Shown in pieces: positions 9,302-19,548 of a stretch of 64,000 nucleotides of DNA; position 1 is the stretch's first letter; each line of letters starts with the position of its first letter. The notes beneath the pieces were generated by a model. The model was not told the origin of the DNA, did not search any database, and was given only the letters and a program-made list of their open reading frames with translations. Where the stretch lies: positions 3,725 through 67,724 of the forward strand of contig JADFZK010000009.1 in NCBI GenBank assembly GCA_015232565.1. The letters run 5' to 3'. The DNA comes from Candidatus Omnitrophota bacterium. GTDB lineage: Bacteria; Omnitrophota; Gorgyraeia; Zapsychrales; Fredricksoniimonadaceae. Made by a program: the position numbers and the translations under genes.

Positions 9302-10204
9302 ATGGCATTTTTGGCACTGGGTACCGTAGCACTGGATAATGTCAAGACCCCTTCGGGCGTCAAAAAGAGCATGCTGGGCGGCAGTGCGGCGCATTTTTCC
9401 ATGAGCGCGCGTTTGTTCGACGATGTGCATCTGGTGGGGGTGGTGGGCAAGGATTTCCCCAAGATGCACCTGGATTTTTTCAAGCGCAAGGGCATTAATA
9501 CCGCGGCTTTGACCATGGCCGACGGCAAGACTTTCCGCTGGACGGGAGAGTATAAGCCCGAGGACCTCAACAGCGCCATTACGCATGAGACCCAGCTGGG
9601 TGTCCTGGCGGATTACCTTCCGCAGATCACCGACCAGCAGAAGAAAATGACCCATGTGTTCCTGGCCAATCTGGCGCCGGCGGTACAGGAGAAATTGTTG
9701 TCTTTGCTTATCAAGCCCGAGTTTGTGGGTTTGGACACGATGAATTTGTGGATCGGCACCGCCCAGCGCGACCTTAAGCGCCTGATGAAGAAGGTGGACC
9801 TGATGGTATTAAACGACGCCGAAGCCAAGATGCTGACCGGCGAGCGCAACGCGGTAGCGGCGGCCCGGGCGATACGCGCCATGGGCCCGCGCATCGTGGT
9901 GGTGAAGAAAGGCGAACACGGCGTGTATGTGTTCGGCGGAGATTTTGAGTTTGGTTATCCGGCTTATCCGGTAGTGAAGGTGGTCGATCCCACCGGGGCG
10001 GGCGATACTTTTGCCGGCGGGCTTTTTGGCTATATTGCCAAATGCCGCAAGGCCGACCAGAAAACCCTGCGTAAGGCCGTGGTCTACGGGACAGTGCTGG
10101 CGTCGTTCAATGTGGAAGGTTTCGGCATGGGGCAGACCGCGCCTTTGTCGATGAAAGAAGTGGATAAACGCCTCAAGTTATACCAGGCTTTTTGTGCTTT
10201 CTAA
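9302..10204 (+). CDS. PfkB family carbohydrate/nucleoside kinase
   Basis: GGSA and VVDPTGAGDTFAGG motifs. Confidence 0.92.
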   Translation: MAFLALGTVALDNVKTPSGVKKSMLGGSAAHFSMSARLFDDVHLVGVVGKDFPKMHLDFFKRKGINTAALTMADGKTFRWTGEYKPEDLNSAITHETQLGVLADYLPQITDQQKKMTHVFLANLAPAVQEKLLSLLIKPEFVGLDTMNLWIGTAQRDLKRLMKKVDLMVLNDAEAKMLTGERNAVAAARAIRAMGPRIVVVKKGEHGVYVFGGDFEFGYPAYPVVKVVDPTGAGDTFAGGLFGYIAKCRKADQKTLRKAVVYGTVLASFNVEGFGMGQTAPLSMKEVDKRLKLYQAFCAF

Positions 10205-10481
10205 CGCGCATCCGCTGGAATTGCTGGCCCTGGTGGCGTCGGTGGTTATGCCGATGTGGAATATACCGTTGATCATCAAGATCTTCCGGCGCCGGTCATC
10301 GGCGGACCTTTCCATGTACTGGCTGTGGGGTGTCTGGGGCTGTATGCTGCTGATGCTGCCCTGGGCGTTCTTGACGAAAGATAATGTGTTAAGGGTTTTT
10401 AGCTGTGTGAATTTTGTGTTGTTCTCGGGCGTCGCAGTCGCCGTCATGAAATTTCGAAAGGTACCGGATGCCAGAAATTGA
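10194..10481 (+). CDS. PQ-loop/SemiSWEET-like small membrane protein
   Basis: Three hydrophobic segments; IPLIIKIFRRRSSADLS. Confidence 0.65.
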   Translation: MLSNAHPLELLALVASVVMPMWNIPLIIKIFRRRSSADLSMYWLWGVWGCMLLMLPWAFLTKDNVLRVFSCVNFVLFSGVAVAVMKFRKVPDARN

Positions 10482-11541
10482 TAAGGTTTTGCCAGTTGCA
10501 GTGCGTAAAGAACGCAAGCCGAAAGCCGGCCCCAAAGCCTCCAAGGCCCCTAAGGCTCCAACGGCAGTGAAGGTGAAGAAAGCGCCGAAGGCCAAGGCTT
10601 CTGTCGTAATTAAAGCCCCTCCGAAGCCCGAAATGCCGGATCTTAAGTGCGGGTTTGTTTCAATTATCGGACGCCCGAACACGGGCAAGTCCACTTTGTT
10701 GAATTATATCGTCGGGGAGAAGATCTCGATCGTTTCCGATGTGCCGCAGACCACCCGCAAGATGTTGCGCGGGATCTATACGGACAAACGCGGGCAGGTG
10801 GTGTTTATTGATACGCCCGGCTGGCATTTGGGCCGCGATAATCTGGATCGTTATATGAACCAGGCGTGCGTGAACGCTATTGAAGGTGTGGATTGCATTA
10901 TCCATACGGTCGACAGTTCCGAGCGGGTGGGAGAAGAAGAGCGCCGTGTGGTGGCCCGCTTGAAGAACCAGAAAGTGCCCATAATAGTGGCGCTTAACAA
11001 GATCGACCTGAAGGGCAAGTTCATTGCCGAATATGTGGAGCTTTGGGAGTCGGCGCGCGGTATGCCGGTGTCGGAAATGAAAGACTTTGTATTGCTGCCG
11101 CTTTCCGGGCGCGACGGTATTCAGGTCGACCAGTTGCTCGAGGTGGTTTTCTCGTTCCTGCCGCAGGGCCCTATGTTATATGAGCCCGATATTGTTACCG
11201 ACGTGCCCCGCAAGCAGGCCGTGGCCGATATCATCAGAGAAAAATTGTTTTTGCTGACCCGCGAGGAAGTGCCGCATGCTATCGCGGTCGAGGTGGAAGA
11301 AATGCGTCCCGTTAAGGGCAAGACCACCTATATACGCGCCGCTATCCTGGTGGAGCGCCAGACCCAGAAAGAGATCGTTATCGGCAACCGGGGTTCCATG
11401 GTCAAGCAGGTGGGCTCGCTGGCCCGGACCGAACTGGAAGCCCTGCTGGAGACCAAGGTGTTCCTCGAGCTTTTCGTTAAATTCCGCAAGAACTGGCGCG
11501 ACGACCATGACCTCCTCGTGGATATGGGGTATTCTTTTTAA
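10468..11541 (+). CDS. era: GTPase Era with Lys/Ala/Pro-rich N-terminal extension
   Basis: GRPNTGKST, PQTTR, DTPG, NKID and a KH domain (REEVPH, IVIG). Confidence 0.95.
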   Translation: MPEIDKVLPVAVRKERKPKAGPKASKAPKAPTAVKVKKAPKAKASVVIKAPPKPEMPDLKCGFVSIIGRPNTGKSTLLNYIVGEKISIVSDVPQTTRKMLRGIYTDKRGQVVFIDTPGWHLGRDNLDRYMNQACVNAIEGVDCIIHTVDSSERVGEEERRVVARLKNQKVPIIVALNKIDLKGKFIAEYVELWESARGMPVSEMKDFVLLPLSGRDGIQVDQLLEVVFSFLPQGPMLYEPDIVTDVPRKQAVADIIREKLFLLTREEVPHAIAVEVEEMRPVKGKTTYIRAAILVERQTQKEIVIGNRGSMVKQVGSLARTELEALLETKVFLELFVKFRKNWRDDHDLLVDMGYSF

Positions 11542-11582
11542 TAAGGAATCGAGTTGGGCCCTCGGCCGGTCGGGTTGTTTGT

Positions 11583-12242
11583 ATGCTTTCTGTGCGAACC
11601 ATAGACACTGTGATCCAAGCGATCCGCGCGGCAGTGCGGCATTTGCCGGACCCTTCGGTAACTCTCGTCGGCAAGAAGTGGCGCTCACCGTACCTGGTTT
11701 TGATCTCCTGCCTGTTGAGTTTGCGCACCAAGGATTCCACCACTTTGCCGGCTGCGGAAAGATTGTTTCGCCTTGCCGACAGCCCGTTCGCTATGGTAAA
11801 GTTGACAGTTCCGCAGATCGAACGCGCTATTTTCCCGGTGGGTTTCTATCACACCAAGGCGCGGCGCATCATCGATATATCCCGTGATATCCTGGAGCGT
11901 TGTAGCGGCCAGGTGCCCGATACGCTGGCCGGTTTGTTGACGCTAAAAGGAGTTGGCCGCAAAACCGCTAATCTGGTTCTGGTGGAAGGGTTTGGCAAAT
12001 ACGGTGTTTGCGTAGACACCCACGTTCACCGCATCTCCAACCGCTTTGGTTTTGTGGAGACCTGCACCCCGGATGAGACCGAAGAGGCTTTGCGGGCCAG
12101 GCTTCCCAAGAAGTACTGGCGGGAATATAATGCGTTGTTAGTTTTGTGGGGGCAGAATGTGTGCCGGCCGGTCTCGCCGAAATGCTCGCAGTGCCCGGTG
12201 CGCAAATGGTGTGAACAGGTTGGTGTGGCTAAACAGCGATAA
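11583..12242 (+). CDS. nth: Endonuclease III
   Basis: HhH LKGVGRKTAN, VDTHVHR and 4Fe-4S motif CxxxxxxCxxCxxxxxC. Confidence 0.93.
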   Translation: MLSVRTIDTVIQAIRAAVRHLPDPSVTLVGKKWRSPYLVLISCLLSLRTKDSTTLPAAERLFRLADSPFAMVKLTVPQIERAIFPVGFYHTKARRIIDISRDILERCSGQVPDTLAGLLTLKGVGRKTANLVLVEGFGKYGVCVDTHVHRISNRFGFVETCTPDETEEALRARLPKKYWREYNALLVLWGQNVCRPVSPKCSQCPVRKWCEQVGVAKQR

Positions 12243-12263
12243 GCCCAGGCGTCAGCAATCCTT

Positions 12264-13559
12264 ATGTCCGATCAATTCTTCGTCTATTTCTCCGAACTTC
12301 TGGGCCGGCCGGTATTTTCCGTGGACGGGAAAAAGCTGGGCCGGTTCAGTGATTTCGCGCTGAATTTGAACAATGATATTTATCTCCGGGCCAAGGGGGT
12401 GGTGGTGCGGCGCGGGCTCTGGCACCCGCAGTATGTCGAACTGCCTATGGCCGAGCTCCTGAAGGTGGACCGCGGGGGGATTTATTTCAAACTGGCCGCG
12501 GAGGCGGTGGTCTTTACGGCCGGCAAGCCGGATTGCGAATTTGCTTTACGGCGGGATGTGCTCGACCAGCAGATAGTGGATGTTGAGAACCGTAAAGTGG
12601 AACGGGTGAACGACGTGCATTTATTGCGCGTGGACAATCAGTATCATGTGGCCCACGTGGACGTAGGGTTGCGCGGGCTGATCCGCCGGCTGGAGTGGGA
12701 AGGTTTCGTAGATTTCCTGGTACGGTTATTTAAGAAGGACGCGGCCTATCTTTCTGCCGAGGACTTGTTGTCCTGGAAGAATTCCCAGGTCCTGACTTTG
12801 GGCAGTAAGAAGAATGTGCTCAAGCTGGATGTGGCCCGGGCCAAGCTGGCCATGATCCCGCCCACTGTTTTGGCCGAGATCATGGGCGACCTGGACGTTT
12901 TCGAACAGGCCTCGCTGTACCGTTCGCTGGCTCCGGACGTTGGGCGCAAGATGTTCGCCGATATGGCTCCGGACGACAAGCGCGGGCTGATAGATCAGCT
13001 TGAGGATGCGGAAGCCGCCCAACTGGTGTCCCAGATACCGTCCGATGAAGCCGCCGACTTCCTGATGAGCCTGCCCAAAGAGCGCATGCATCATCTTTTG
13101 CGTTTGATGGAAAGCCAGTCTTCCCGGCGGTTACGGACTTTGCTGGGGTTCCATAAAGATTCTGCCGGCGGCCTGATGGCGACCGAATACCTGTGGTTGC
13201 GTAAGGACGCTACCGTGCGCGACGCCTGGGACAAGCTTAAGACCTCCTCCGAATTTACGGCCAGCCTGACCACGATCTATGTGGTCGACGAATTCTTTAA
13301 TTATGTGGGCACTACCACCATTCGTCGTTTCATTAGCGAGCCGCCGGAGAAGCCGATACTGGAAGTTTGTCATCCGCACAAGGTTTTTGTGCGCACGGAT
13401 GACGGCATGGAAGAAGTGGCCCTGTTGCTCGAGCAGTATAAATATTCTGCCATACCGGTACTGGATGGCAACGGTGTCCTGATGGGCTCGATCACGGTGG
13501 ATGACGTAATGGAAGCTTTGATCGCGCTCGCCTGGGGTAAATACAAGGACCAAATCTGA
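12264..13559 (+). CDS. Soluble MgtE-type protein (PRC-barrel, MgtE N-terminal domain, CBS pair; no transmembrane domain)
   Basis: LDQQIVDVENRKVERVNDV, DSAGGLM and C-terminal GSITVDDV. Confidence 0.8.
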   Translation: MSDQFFVYFSELLGRPVFSVDGKKLGRFSDFALNLNNDIYLRAKGVVVRRGLWHPQYVELPMAELLKVDRGGIYFKLAAEAVVFTAGKPDCEFALRRDVLDQQIVDVENRKVERVNDVHLLRVDNQYHVAHVDVGLRGLIRRLEWEGFVDFLVRLFKKDAAYLSAEDLLSWKNSQVLTLGSKKNVLKLDVARAKLAMIPPTVLAEIMGDLDVFEQASLYRSLAPDVGRKMFADMAPDDKRGLIDQLEDAEAAQLVSQIPSDEAADFLMSLPKERMHHLLRLMESQSSRRLRTLLGFHKDSAGGLMATEYLWLRKDATVRDAWDKLKTSSEFTASLTTIYVVDEFFNYVGTTTIRRFISEPPEKPILEVCHPHKVFVRTDDGMEEVALLLEQYKYSAIPVLDGNGVLMGSITVDDVMEALIALAWGKYKDQI

Positions 13560-13560
13560 T

Positions 13561-14829
13561 ATGGAAAAACTTAGCTGGTTAGACCGGGTAAAACAGCATC
13601 CGCGGATGGTCCAGATATTCCTGTTCCTTTCCATTATGGGGCCGGGGATCATTACGGCCAATGTGGATAATGACGCCGGCGGTATCACCACTTATTCCCT
13701 GGCCGGAGCGCAGTTCGGGTACACCTTGTTCTGGTCTCTTATACCCATTACGCTTTCCCTTATAGTAGTGCAGGAAATGTGTGCGCGGATGGCGGTGGCC
13801 ACCGGCAAAGGGCTGGCGGACCTGATCCGGGAGAACTTTGGGGTTAAAGTAACCTTTTATCTGATGTTGATACTGCTGATGGTTAACCTGACCAACGTGA
13901 TGGCCGAGTTCGCCGGTATCGCCGCCAGTATGGAGATCTTCGGGGTGAGTAAATATATTTCGGTGCCGGTCACGGCCTTCCTGGTGTGGGCCTTGATAAT
14001 GCGCGGGACTTACAAAGTGGTGGAGCGGATATTCCTTTTTGCCTGCGTATTTTATGTGTCGTACCTGATCTCCGGCATTATGGCCAAGCCCGACTGGCAT
14101 GAAGTGGCGCGGCAGACAGTGTGGCCGAACGCCAAATGGACCTTGCCGTATATCGTTATGCTGGTAGGTATCGTGGGGACGACCATTGCGCCCTGGATGC
14201 AGTTTTATCAGCAATCTTCGGTGGTGGAAAAAGGGATCGCGCCGGAAGATTACAAAATGGTCCGGCTGGATGTGATAATCGGCTGTATCATTGCGCCGGT
14301 AGTGGCGTTCTTTATTACCATGGCTTGCGCGGCCACCATTCATCAGGCGGGTATTCCTATTGCCTCGGCCAAGGACGCGGCCCTGGCGCTGGAGCCTTTT
14401 GCCGGCATTCACGCTACCTGGCTTTTTGCGATCGGGCTTTTTGTGGCTTCCATGTTTGCGGCCGCCATATTGCCGCTGTCCACGTCTTACTCCATTTGCG
14501 AGGGTATGGGCTGGGATGCCGGTATAGACCGCCGCTTTGAGGAAGCGCCGCAATTCTTCGGGCTTTACACGGCCATGATCGTGATCGGCGCGGTGGTGGT
14601 GCTGATCCCGAATTTTCCGCTTTTGGGAGTGATGTATTTTTCCCAGGTGGGTAACGGGATACTTTTACCGATCATTCTGGTATTTATGCTGCGCCTGATA
14701 AATGACAAGCGGATCATGGGCGAATTCACCAATTCCCGGACGTTCAACATTATTGCCTGGTTAACGGTGGGCGCGGTGATCCTTCTTACCCTGATGATGG
14801 TGTTTTTCATGCTGTTCATGAAGGTCTGA
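13561..14829 (+). CDS. Nramp-family divalent cation transporter, NRMT (Mg-type) subgroup
   Basis: GPGIITANVDNDAGGITTYS and GTTIAPWMQFY; many TM helices. Confidence 0.85.
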   Translation: MEKLSWLDRVKQHPRMVQIFLFLSIMGPGIITANVDNDAGGITTYSLAGAQFGYTLFWSLIPITLSLIVVQEMCARMAVATGKGLADLIRENFGVKVTFYLMLILLMVNLTNVMAEFAGIAASMEIFGVSKYISVPVTAFLVWALIMRGTYKVVERIFLFACVFYVSYLISGIMAKPDWHEVARQTVWPNAKWTLPYIVMLVGIVGTTIAPWMQFYQQSSVVEKGIAPEDYKMVRLDVIIGCIIAPVVAFFITMACAATIHQAGIPIASAKDAALALEPFAGIHATWLFAIGLFVASMFAAAILPLSTSYSICEGMGWDAGIDRRFEEAPQFFGLYTAMIVIGAVVVLIPNFPLLGVMYFSQVGNGILLPIILVFMLRLINDKRIMGEFTNSRTFNIIAWLTVGAVILLTLMMVFFMLFMKV

Positions 14830-14937
14830 CCGCCAGCGCGGGTCAGTTTTCCAATTTGACGTCTGTGGAGCTTCATGTTAGGATAACGCACAAATTTGGC
14901 CAAATAAGGTGGACATTAAGGGGGGTGAAATTCATTT

Positions 14938-15108
14938 ATGGTCGAAGTAAAAGTGTCGGACCGCAACAGTTTTGAGAAAGCTTTGCGGACGTTCAAGAAG
15001 CTTTGTCAGCGCGAGGGGTTCCTCGTGGAGCTGAAAGAGCGCCGTTTTTATTCCAAACCTTCCGAGCTCAAGCGCAAGAAGGGCGGCAAGATCGCGATGA
15101 TGCGTTAA
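14938..15108 (+). CDS. rpsU: 30S ribosomal protein S21 (56 aa, absent from the ORF track)
   Basis: Hand translation MVEVKVSDRNSFEKALRTFKKLCQREGFLVELKERRFYSKPSELKRKK...; GGGGGTG RBS upstream. Confidence 0.92.
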   Translation: MVEVKVSDRNSFEKALRTFKKLCQREGFLVELKERRFYSKPSELKRKKGGKIAMMR

Positions 15109-15117
15109 GAGTTATTT

Positions 15118-15165
15118 ACGCCGTATCCGGCTTTTTTTGATGGTCGGGTACGGCGTTAATTTTTA
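15118..15165 (+). terminator. Putative intrinsic terminator after rpsU
   Basis: ACGCCGTATCCGGC / GTCGGGTACGGCGT stem (G-U allowed) followed by a T-rich tract. Confidence 0.65.
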
Positions 15166-15183
15166 ATTAAAAAAGCAGGGGTT

Positions 15184-16740
15184 ATGATCAAAGTCAAGCG
15201 CGCGCTGATCAGTGTCTCCGACAAAACGGGACTGATCGAGCTGGTTAAAAGTCTGGCCAAATTTAATGTTGAGATCCTTTCTACCGGCGGCACTGCCAAG
15301 ATGTTGCGGGAGGCCGGTTTTACGGTAAAAGACGTCAGCGAACATACCGGTTTTCCCGAGATGCTCGACGGGCGCGTGAAGACCCTGCACCCCAAAGTGC
15401 ATGGCGGTTTGCTGGCTTTGCGTGATGATCCCGAACATATGAAGACTGTTCTGGAACACAATATCGGCCTGATCGATATGGTGGTGGTTAATCTTTATCC
15501 TTTTGAGAAGGTTACGGCCCGGAAGAATGTGGATCTGGCCGAAGCGATCGAGAATATTGATATCGGCGGCCCTTCCATGTTAAGGTCGGGTGCCAAGAAT
15601 TATAAAAGTGTGGCGGTGATATGCAATCCTGAGCGCTATTCCGACGTGATCAAAGAGCTGGAGACCAACAGCGGCATTCTGCCCGACGCCCTTTTGTTTA
15701 ACCTGGCGGTGGAGGTTTTTGAGCGGACGGCTGCTTACGACCGGGTCATTGCGCAGTTCCTGGGCAAGCGTTTTACCTCGGATGCCTTCACGGTGATGCC
15801 GCCGCAGATCGGGCTGAATTTCGTTAAAATGCAGGAATTGCGTTATGGCGAGAATCCGCATCAGCCGGCGGCTTTTTATCGGGATGCCGACGCGGTAAAA
15901 GCTTTGGCCAAGATGAAACAACTGCATGGCAAAGAGCTTTCGTTCAATAACATCCTGGACCTGGCGGCGGCGGTGGATATTGCCTATTCTTTCTTGGGGC
16001 CGGCCGCGGTGGTGATAAAACATAATAATCCCTGCGGTGTGGCCGAGGATGTGTCTTTGGCCCGGGCGTATTTGAATGCCTGGTCTTGCGACAAGTTGTC
16101 GGCGTTCGGCGGGATCATTGGGCTCAACCGGCTGGTTGATAAAAAGACCGCCGAGGCGATTGCCAAAAGCGGTTTTATGGAATGCGTGATCGCGCCCGGC
16201 TTTGCCAAAGAGGCTTTTGATATCCTGACCCAGAAAAAGAACGTGCGGCTGATGGAACTGGCCGCGGAAGACCTGGTTAAAGATAATTATGATTTCAAGA
16301 AAGTCCCCGGCGGGCTTTTGGTGCAGGGCCGGGATGCGCGGGAAATTACTCCGGAAGAAGTTAAAGGCGTTACCAAAAAGAAAGTTTCCAAGGCGCAAAT
16401 GGCAGCATTGTTGTTCGGCTGGAAAGTGGTCAAGTTCGTAAAGTCGAATGCGATAGTGTTGACCAAGGGCACTCGTACGGTGGGTATTGGCATGGGCCAG
16501 ACTTCGCGGGTGGACAGCGCCAAACTGGCTTTGGCGCGGGCCGGCAAGCTGGCGCAGGGCGCGTGTTTGGCGTCGGATGCGTTCTTGCCCAAAGCTGATA
16601 CGGTGACCTTTGCGGCCAAGGCGGGCGTGAAAGCCATTATCCAGACCGGCGGTTCGATCGCCGATGAAGAGGTAATTAAGGAAGCTGATAAACGCGGTAT
16701 CGCCATGGCGGTCACCGGGGTAAGGCATTTTCGGCATTAA
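15184..16740 (+). CDS. purH: Bifunctional AICAR transformylase/IMP cyclohydrolase
   Basis: RALISVSDK, GRVKTLHP, LRYGENPHQ and C-terminal RHFRH. Confidence 0.97.
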   Translation: MIKVKRALISVSDKTGLIELVKSLAKFNVEILSTGGTAKMLREAGFTVKDVSEHTGFPEMLDGRVKTLHPKVHGGLLALRDDPEHMKTVLEHNIGLIDMVVVNLYPFEKVTARKNVDLAEAIENIDIGGPSMLRSGAKNYKSVAVICNPERYSDVIKELETNSGILPDALLFNLAVEVFERTAAYDRVIAQFLGKRFTSDAFTVMPPQIGLNFVKMQELRYGENPHQPAAFYRDADAVKALAKMKQLHGKELSFNNILDLAAAVDIAYSFLGPAAVVIKHNNPCGVAEDVSLARAYLNAWSCDKLSAFGGIIGLNRLVDKKTAEAIAKSGFMECVIAPGFAKEAFDILTQKKNVRLMELAAEDLVKDNYDFKKVPGGLLVQGRDAREITPEEVKGVTKKKVSKAQMAALLFGWKVVKFVKSNAIVLTKGTRTVGIGMGQTSRVDSAKLALARAGKLAQGACLASDAFLPKADTVTFAAKAGVKAIIQTGGSIADEEVIKEADKRGIAMAVTGVRHFRH

Positions 16741-16773
16741 TGTTTTTTTTGAGGAAAGAAGCGTCTGGCCAAT

Positions 16774-18120
16774 ATGGGATTTGATTCCGGTGAATATTTG
16801 GCTTCGTTTGTAAATTGGGAACCCCGGCTGGACAAGGCCGGGGTTTCGTCTTTTGGCGTGGAACGGATGGACGCTTTGCTGAAAGCCCTGCGCCATCCGG
16901 AGTCGGATCTGATCTTTGCGCATATCGCCGGTTCCAAAGGTAAAGGCTCGACGGCAGTCTTGCTGGCGAATATATTGCGCTCGGCCGGGTATCGCACGGG
17001 GCTTTATACTTCGCCGCATTTGTATTCGTATCATGAGCGGATCCGCGTGCTGGAGCCGAGAAGCCCGGATGAGGGCGGGGATGACGAGGTATTTGAGGGC
17101 AGTATCGCGCCGGAGGAATTTGATGAGCTCTTGCGTTATTATCAGGATGATATTGAAGCCTTGCGCCGGCGGGGAATAGAGATCACTTATTATGAATTGC
17201 TGACGGCTTTGGCAGTGGCTTATTTTGCGTACAAGAAGGTTAAAGTAGTGGTGCTGGAGACCGGCCTGGGCGGGCGGCTGGACGCTACGAATATATTTGA
17301 AACCAGTGTGTGCGGCATTACGCCGATAGGCCTGGAACATACGGCGATCCTGGGTTCGACTTTGGGCTTGATCGCCGGGGAGAAAGCGGCGATCATCAAG
17401 TCGGCGGGACAGCGCGCGGCGTTCGCTCCGCAGGCGCCGGAGGTTATGGCGGTCCTCCAGGAACGGGCCCGGTCTTTTGGCATATTGCCCACGGTAGTGG
17501 GGGTTGACCTTCCGCTGGAGATATTGTCGGAAAGCCAGGACGGAGTGCGGTTTAATATTTCGGGCCGGCGGGAATACCGCGGGCTGGGTACTGTCTTGGC
17601 GGGGGCGCATCAGGCACAGAATGCGGCTTTGGCGCTGGCCATGGCCGAAGACCTGGAAATGTATGGCTTGGTGCTCACTGAAGAAGCGGTGCGCCAGGGA
17701 TTAGCGTGCACGCGTTGGCCCGGGCGGTTTGAGATCCGGGCCGGTTCACCGACGCTGGTGGTGGATGCGGCGCATACAGTGGATTCGGCGCGGGCTTGCG
17801 TGCAGACCTTTCAGAGTGTCTTTCCGGGACGCCGGGCGGTCTTGCTTTTGGGTGCGGGCGTGGATAAGGATATCGCCGGAATTTGCCGTGAACTGGGAGT
17901 GGTGGCGCAGTGCGTGGTGGCGGCGCAAGCCGGGCATCCCCGGGCGCATGCGTTCACCACGGATGAACTTAAAGAGCGGTTTCCGGATGTGGAAGCAGTT
18001 ATTGCCCGGGATGTGCCGCAGGCCATGCTGGAGGCCCGGCGCCGGGCAGGGGAGAACGGCATTATTCTGGCGGCCGGTTCGGTGTTCCTGGCCGCCGAGG
18101 CAAGAGCGTGTGAACTATAA
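16774..18120 (+). CDS. folC: Folylpolyglutamate/dihydrofolate synthase
   Basis: HIAGSKGKGST, YTSPHL, ETGLGGRLDATN, WPGR and DAAH motifs. Confidence 0.93.
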   Translation: MGFDSGEYLASFVNWEPRLDKAGVSSFGVERMDALLKALRHPESDLIFAHIAGSKGKGSTAVLLANILRSAGYRTGLYTSPHLYSYHERIRVLEPRSPDEGGDDEVFEGSIAPEEFDELLRYYQDDIEALRRRGIEITYYELLTALAVAYFAYKKVKVVVLETGLGGRLDATNIFETSVCGITPIGLEHTAILGSTLGLIAGEKAAIIKSAGQRAAFAPQAPEVMAVLQERARSFGILPTVVGVDLPLEILSESQDGVRFNISGRREYRGLGTVLAGAHQAQNAALALAMAEDLEMYGLVLTEEAVRQGLACTRWPGRFEIRAGSPTLVVDAAHTVDSARACVQTFQSVFPGRRAVLLLGAGVDKDIAGICRELGVVAQCVVAAQAGHPRAHAFTTDELKERFPDVEAVIARDVPQAMLEARRRAGENGIILAAGSVFLAAEARACEL

Positions 18121-18126
18121 GGAAGA

Positions 18127-19548
18127 ATGAATCAATATCAATCACCCTTGGATACTATTGCGGCTATTGCCACGGCTACTGGTGCGGGCGGGGTGGCTAT
18201 TGTGCGGGTTAGCGGTCCGGAAAGCCTGACCACTGCGGGAAAAGTGTTTCTTGCCCGTTCGGCCGGTGCTCTGGCGGGCTGGCGGGCGAATGTAATGCAT
18301 TATGGCTGGGTTAAGGATGGTAATGGCGTGGTGGTGGACGAGGCTTTGGCGGTGGTTATGCGCGCGCCGCACAGTTACACTGCCGAGGATACCGTAGAGA
18401 TCCATACGCATGGCGGTCCGGCGGTGGTTCGACTGACGCTGGATCGGTGCCTGGCGAATGGCGCGCGCCTGGCGGAGCCCGGCGAGTTTACCCGGCGGGC
18501 TTTTCTTAACGGCCGGATCGACCTGGCCCAGGCGGAAGCGGTATTGGATATGGTGTCGGCGCGCACCGAGCTTATGTTACGGGCGGCCAATCAGCAATTA
18601 AGCGGGGATCTTTCGCGCGAACTTTGTGCCATGCGCGAGGTTTTAATGGCGGCTTATGCCGGGATCGAGGCTTTGCTGAATTTTCCGGAAGACGATACTG
18701 ATCGCGGCCAGTGGACGCAGGTGCGCGGGGAGTTGGGCCAGGCGCAGGCGCGAATTGCGGCTTTGTTGGGCACTGCCCGGGCCGGGGTAATTTTAAGGGA
18801 GGGCGTGCGGCTGGTAATTTGCGGCCAGCCGAACGTGGGCAAATCGTCGTTGTTAAACGCCTTGCTCAAGCAGGCCCGCGCCATCGTTACGGATGTGGCC
18901 GGCACTACGCGCGATATATTGGAAGAGAGTTATAATTTACAGGGTGTGCCGGTGCGTTTGGTGGATACTGCCGGCTTACTGGCTCCCCGGGATAAAGTGG
19001 AAGCCGAGGCGGTACAGCGCAGTTACGGCTCGATCGCGGCGGCCGATATTGTTTTGGTGGTGCTGGACCGTTCGGCGCCATTGACCACCATAGAAGGTGC
19101 ATTGTTGCATGGGCCGGGTCTGGATCCGGCAAATAATAGCGCGTTGTTGTCCAGAATGCTGGTGGTGCTTAACAAGTGCGACCTGCCGGCGGCCTTTACC
19201 CTGGCAGACGCCCAGGCCCTGGTTCCCGGGCGGGCGGTGGTGGAGGTGTCGGCGCTGGAACGCCACGGCATCGAGCGGCTCGAAACAGCGCTGTTGGCCA
19301 TGGTCTTAAAAGGCGGCGCGCTGGATACCAACGGGGTAATGCTCACCAACGTGCGCCACGTGCAAGCCCTGAGTCAGGCGGCACAAGCCTTAAGCTCGGC
19401 TATTGAAGCGCTGGACACCCAGGCTCCCGCCGAGATGGTGTCGGAAGGTATTAAAACCGCCGTCAGCCGCCTGGATGCCATAACCGGCCGCAACATCGAC
19501 CAGGACGCCCTCGACCATATCTTCGCCTCTTTTTGCATAGGCAAATAG
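18127..19548 (+). CDS. mnmE: tRNA modification GTPase MnmE/TrmE
   Basis: DTIAAIAT, GEFTRRAFLNGRIDL, GQPNVGKSS and C-terminal FCIGK. Confidence 0.97.
   Translation: MNQYQSPLDTIAAIATATGAGGVAIVRVSGPESLTTAGKVFLARSAGALAGWRANVMHYGWVKDGNGVVVDEALAVVMRAPHSYTAEDTVEIHTHGGPAVVRLTLDRCLANGARLAEPGEFTRRAFLNGRIDLAQAEAVLDMVSARTELMLRAANQQLSGDLSRELCAMREVLMAAYAGIEALLNFPEDDTDRGQWTQVRGELGQAQARIAALLGTARAGVILREGVRLVICGQPNVGKSSLLNALLKQARAIVTDVAGTTRDILEESYNLQGVPVRLVDTAGLLAPRDKVEAEAVQRSYGSIAAADIVLVVLDRSAPLTTIEGALLHGPGLDPANNSALLSRMLVVLNKCDLPAAFTLADAQALVPGRAVVEVSALERHGIERLETALLAMVLKGGALDTNGVMLTNVRHVQALSQAAQALSSAIEALDTQAPAEMVSEGIKTAVSRLDAITGRNIDQDALDHIFASFCIGK

Noticed and set aside
15580-17610. 676-aa minus-strand ORF and other long antisense ORFs (13579-14553, 34736-35830, 49703-50944)
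   Set aside because: Shadows of well-supported plus-strand genes in GC-rich DNA, with no recognisable motifs.
19110-19155. Palindromic in-frame insertion in mnmE (GCCGGGTC-TG-GATCCGGC)
   Set aside because: A single short imperfect stem in a naturally variable loop; too weak without an alignment.
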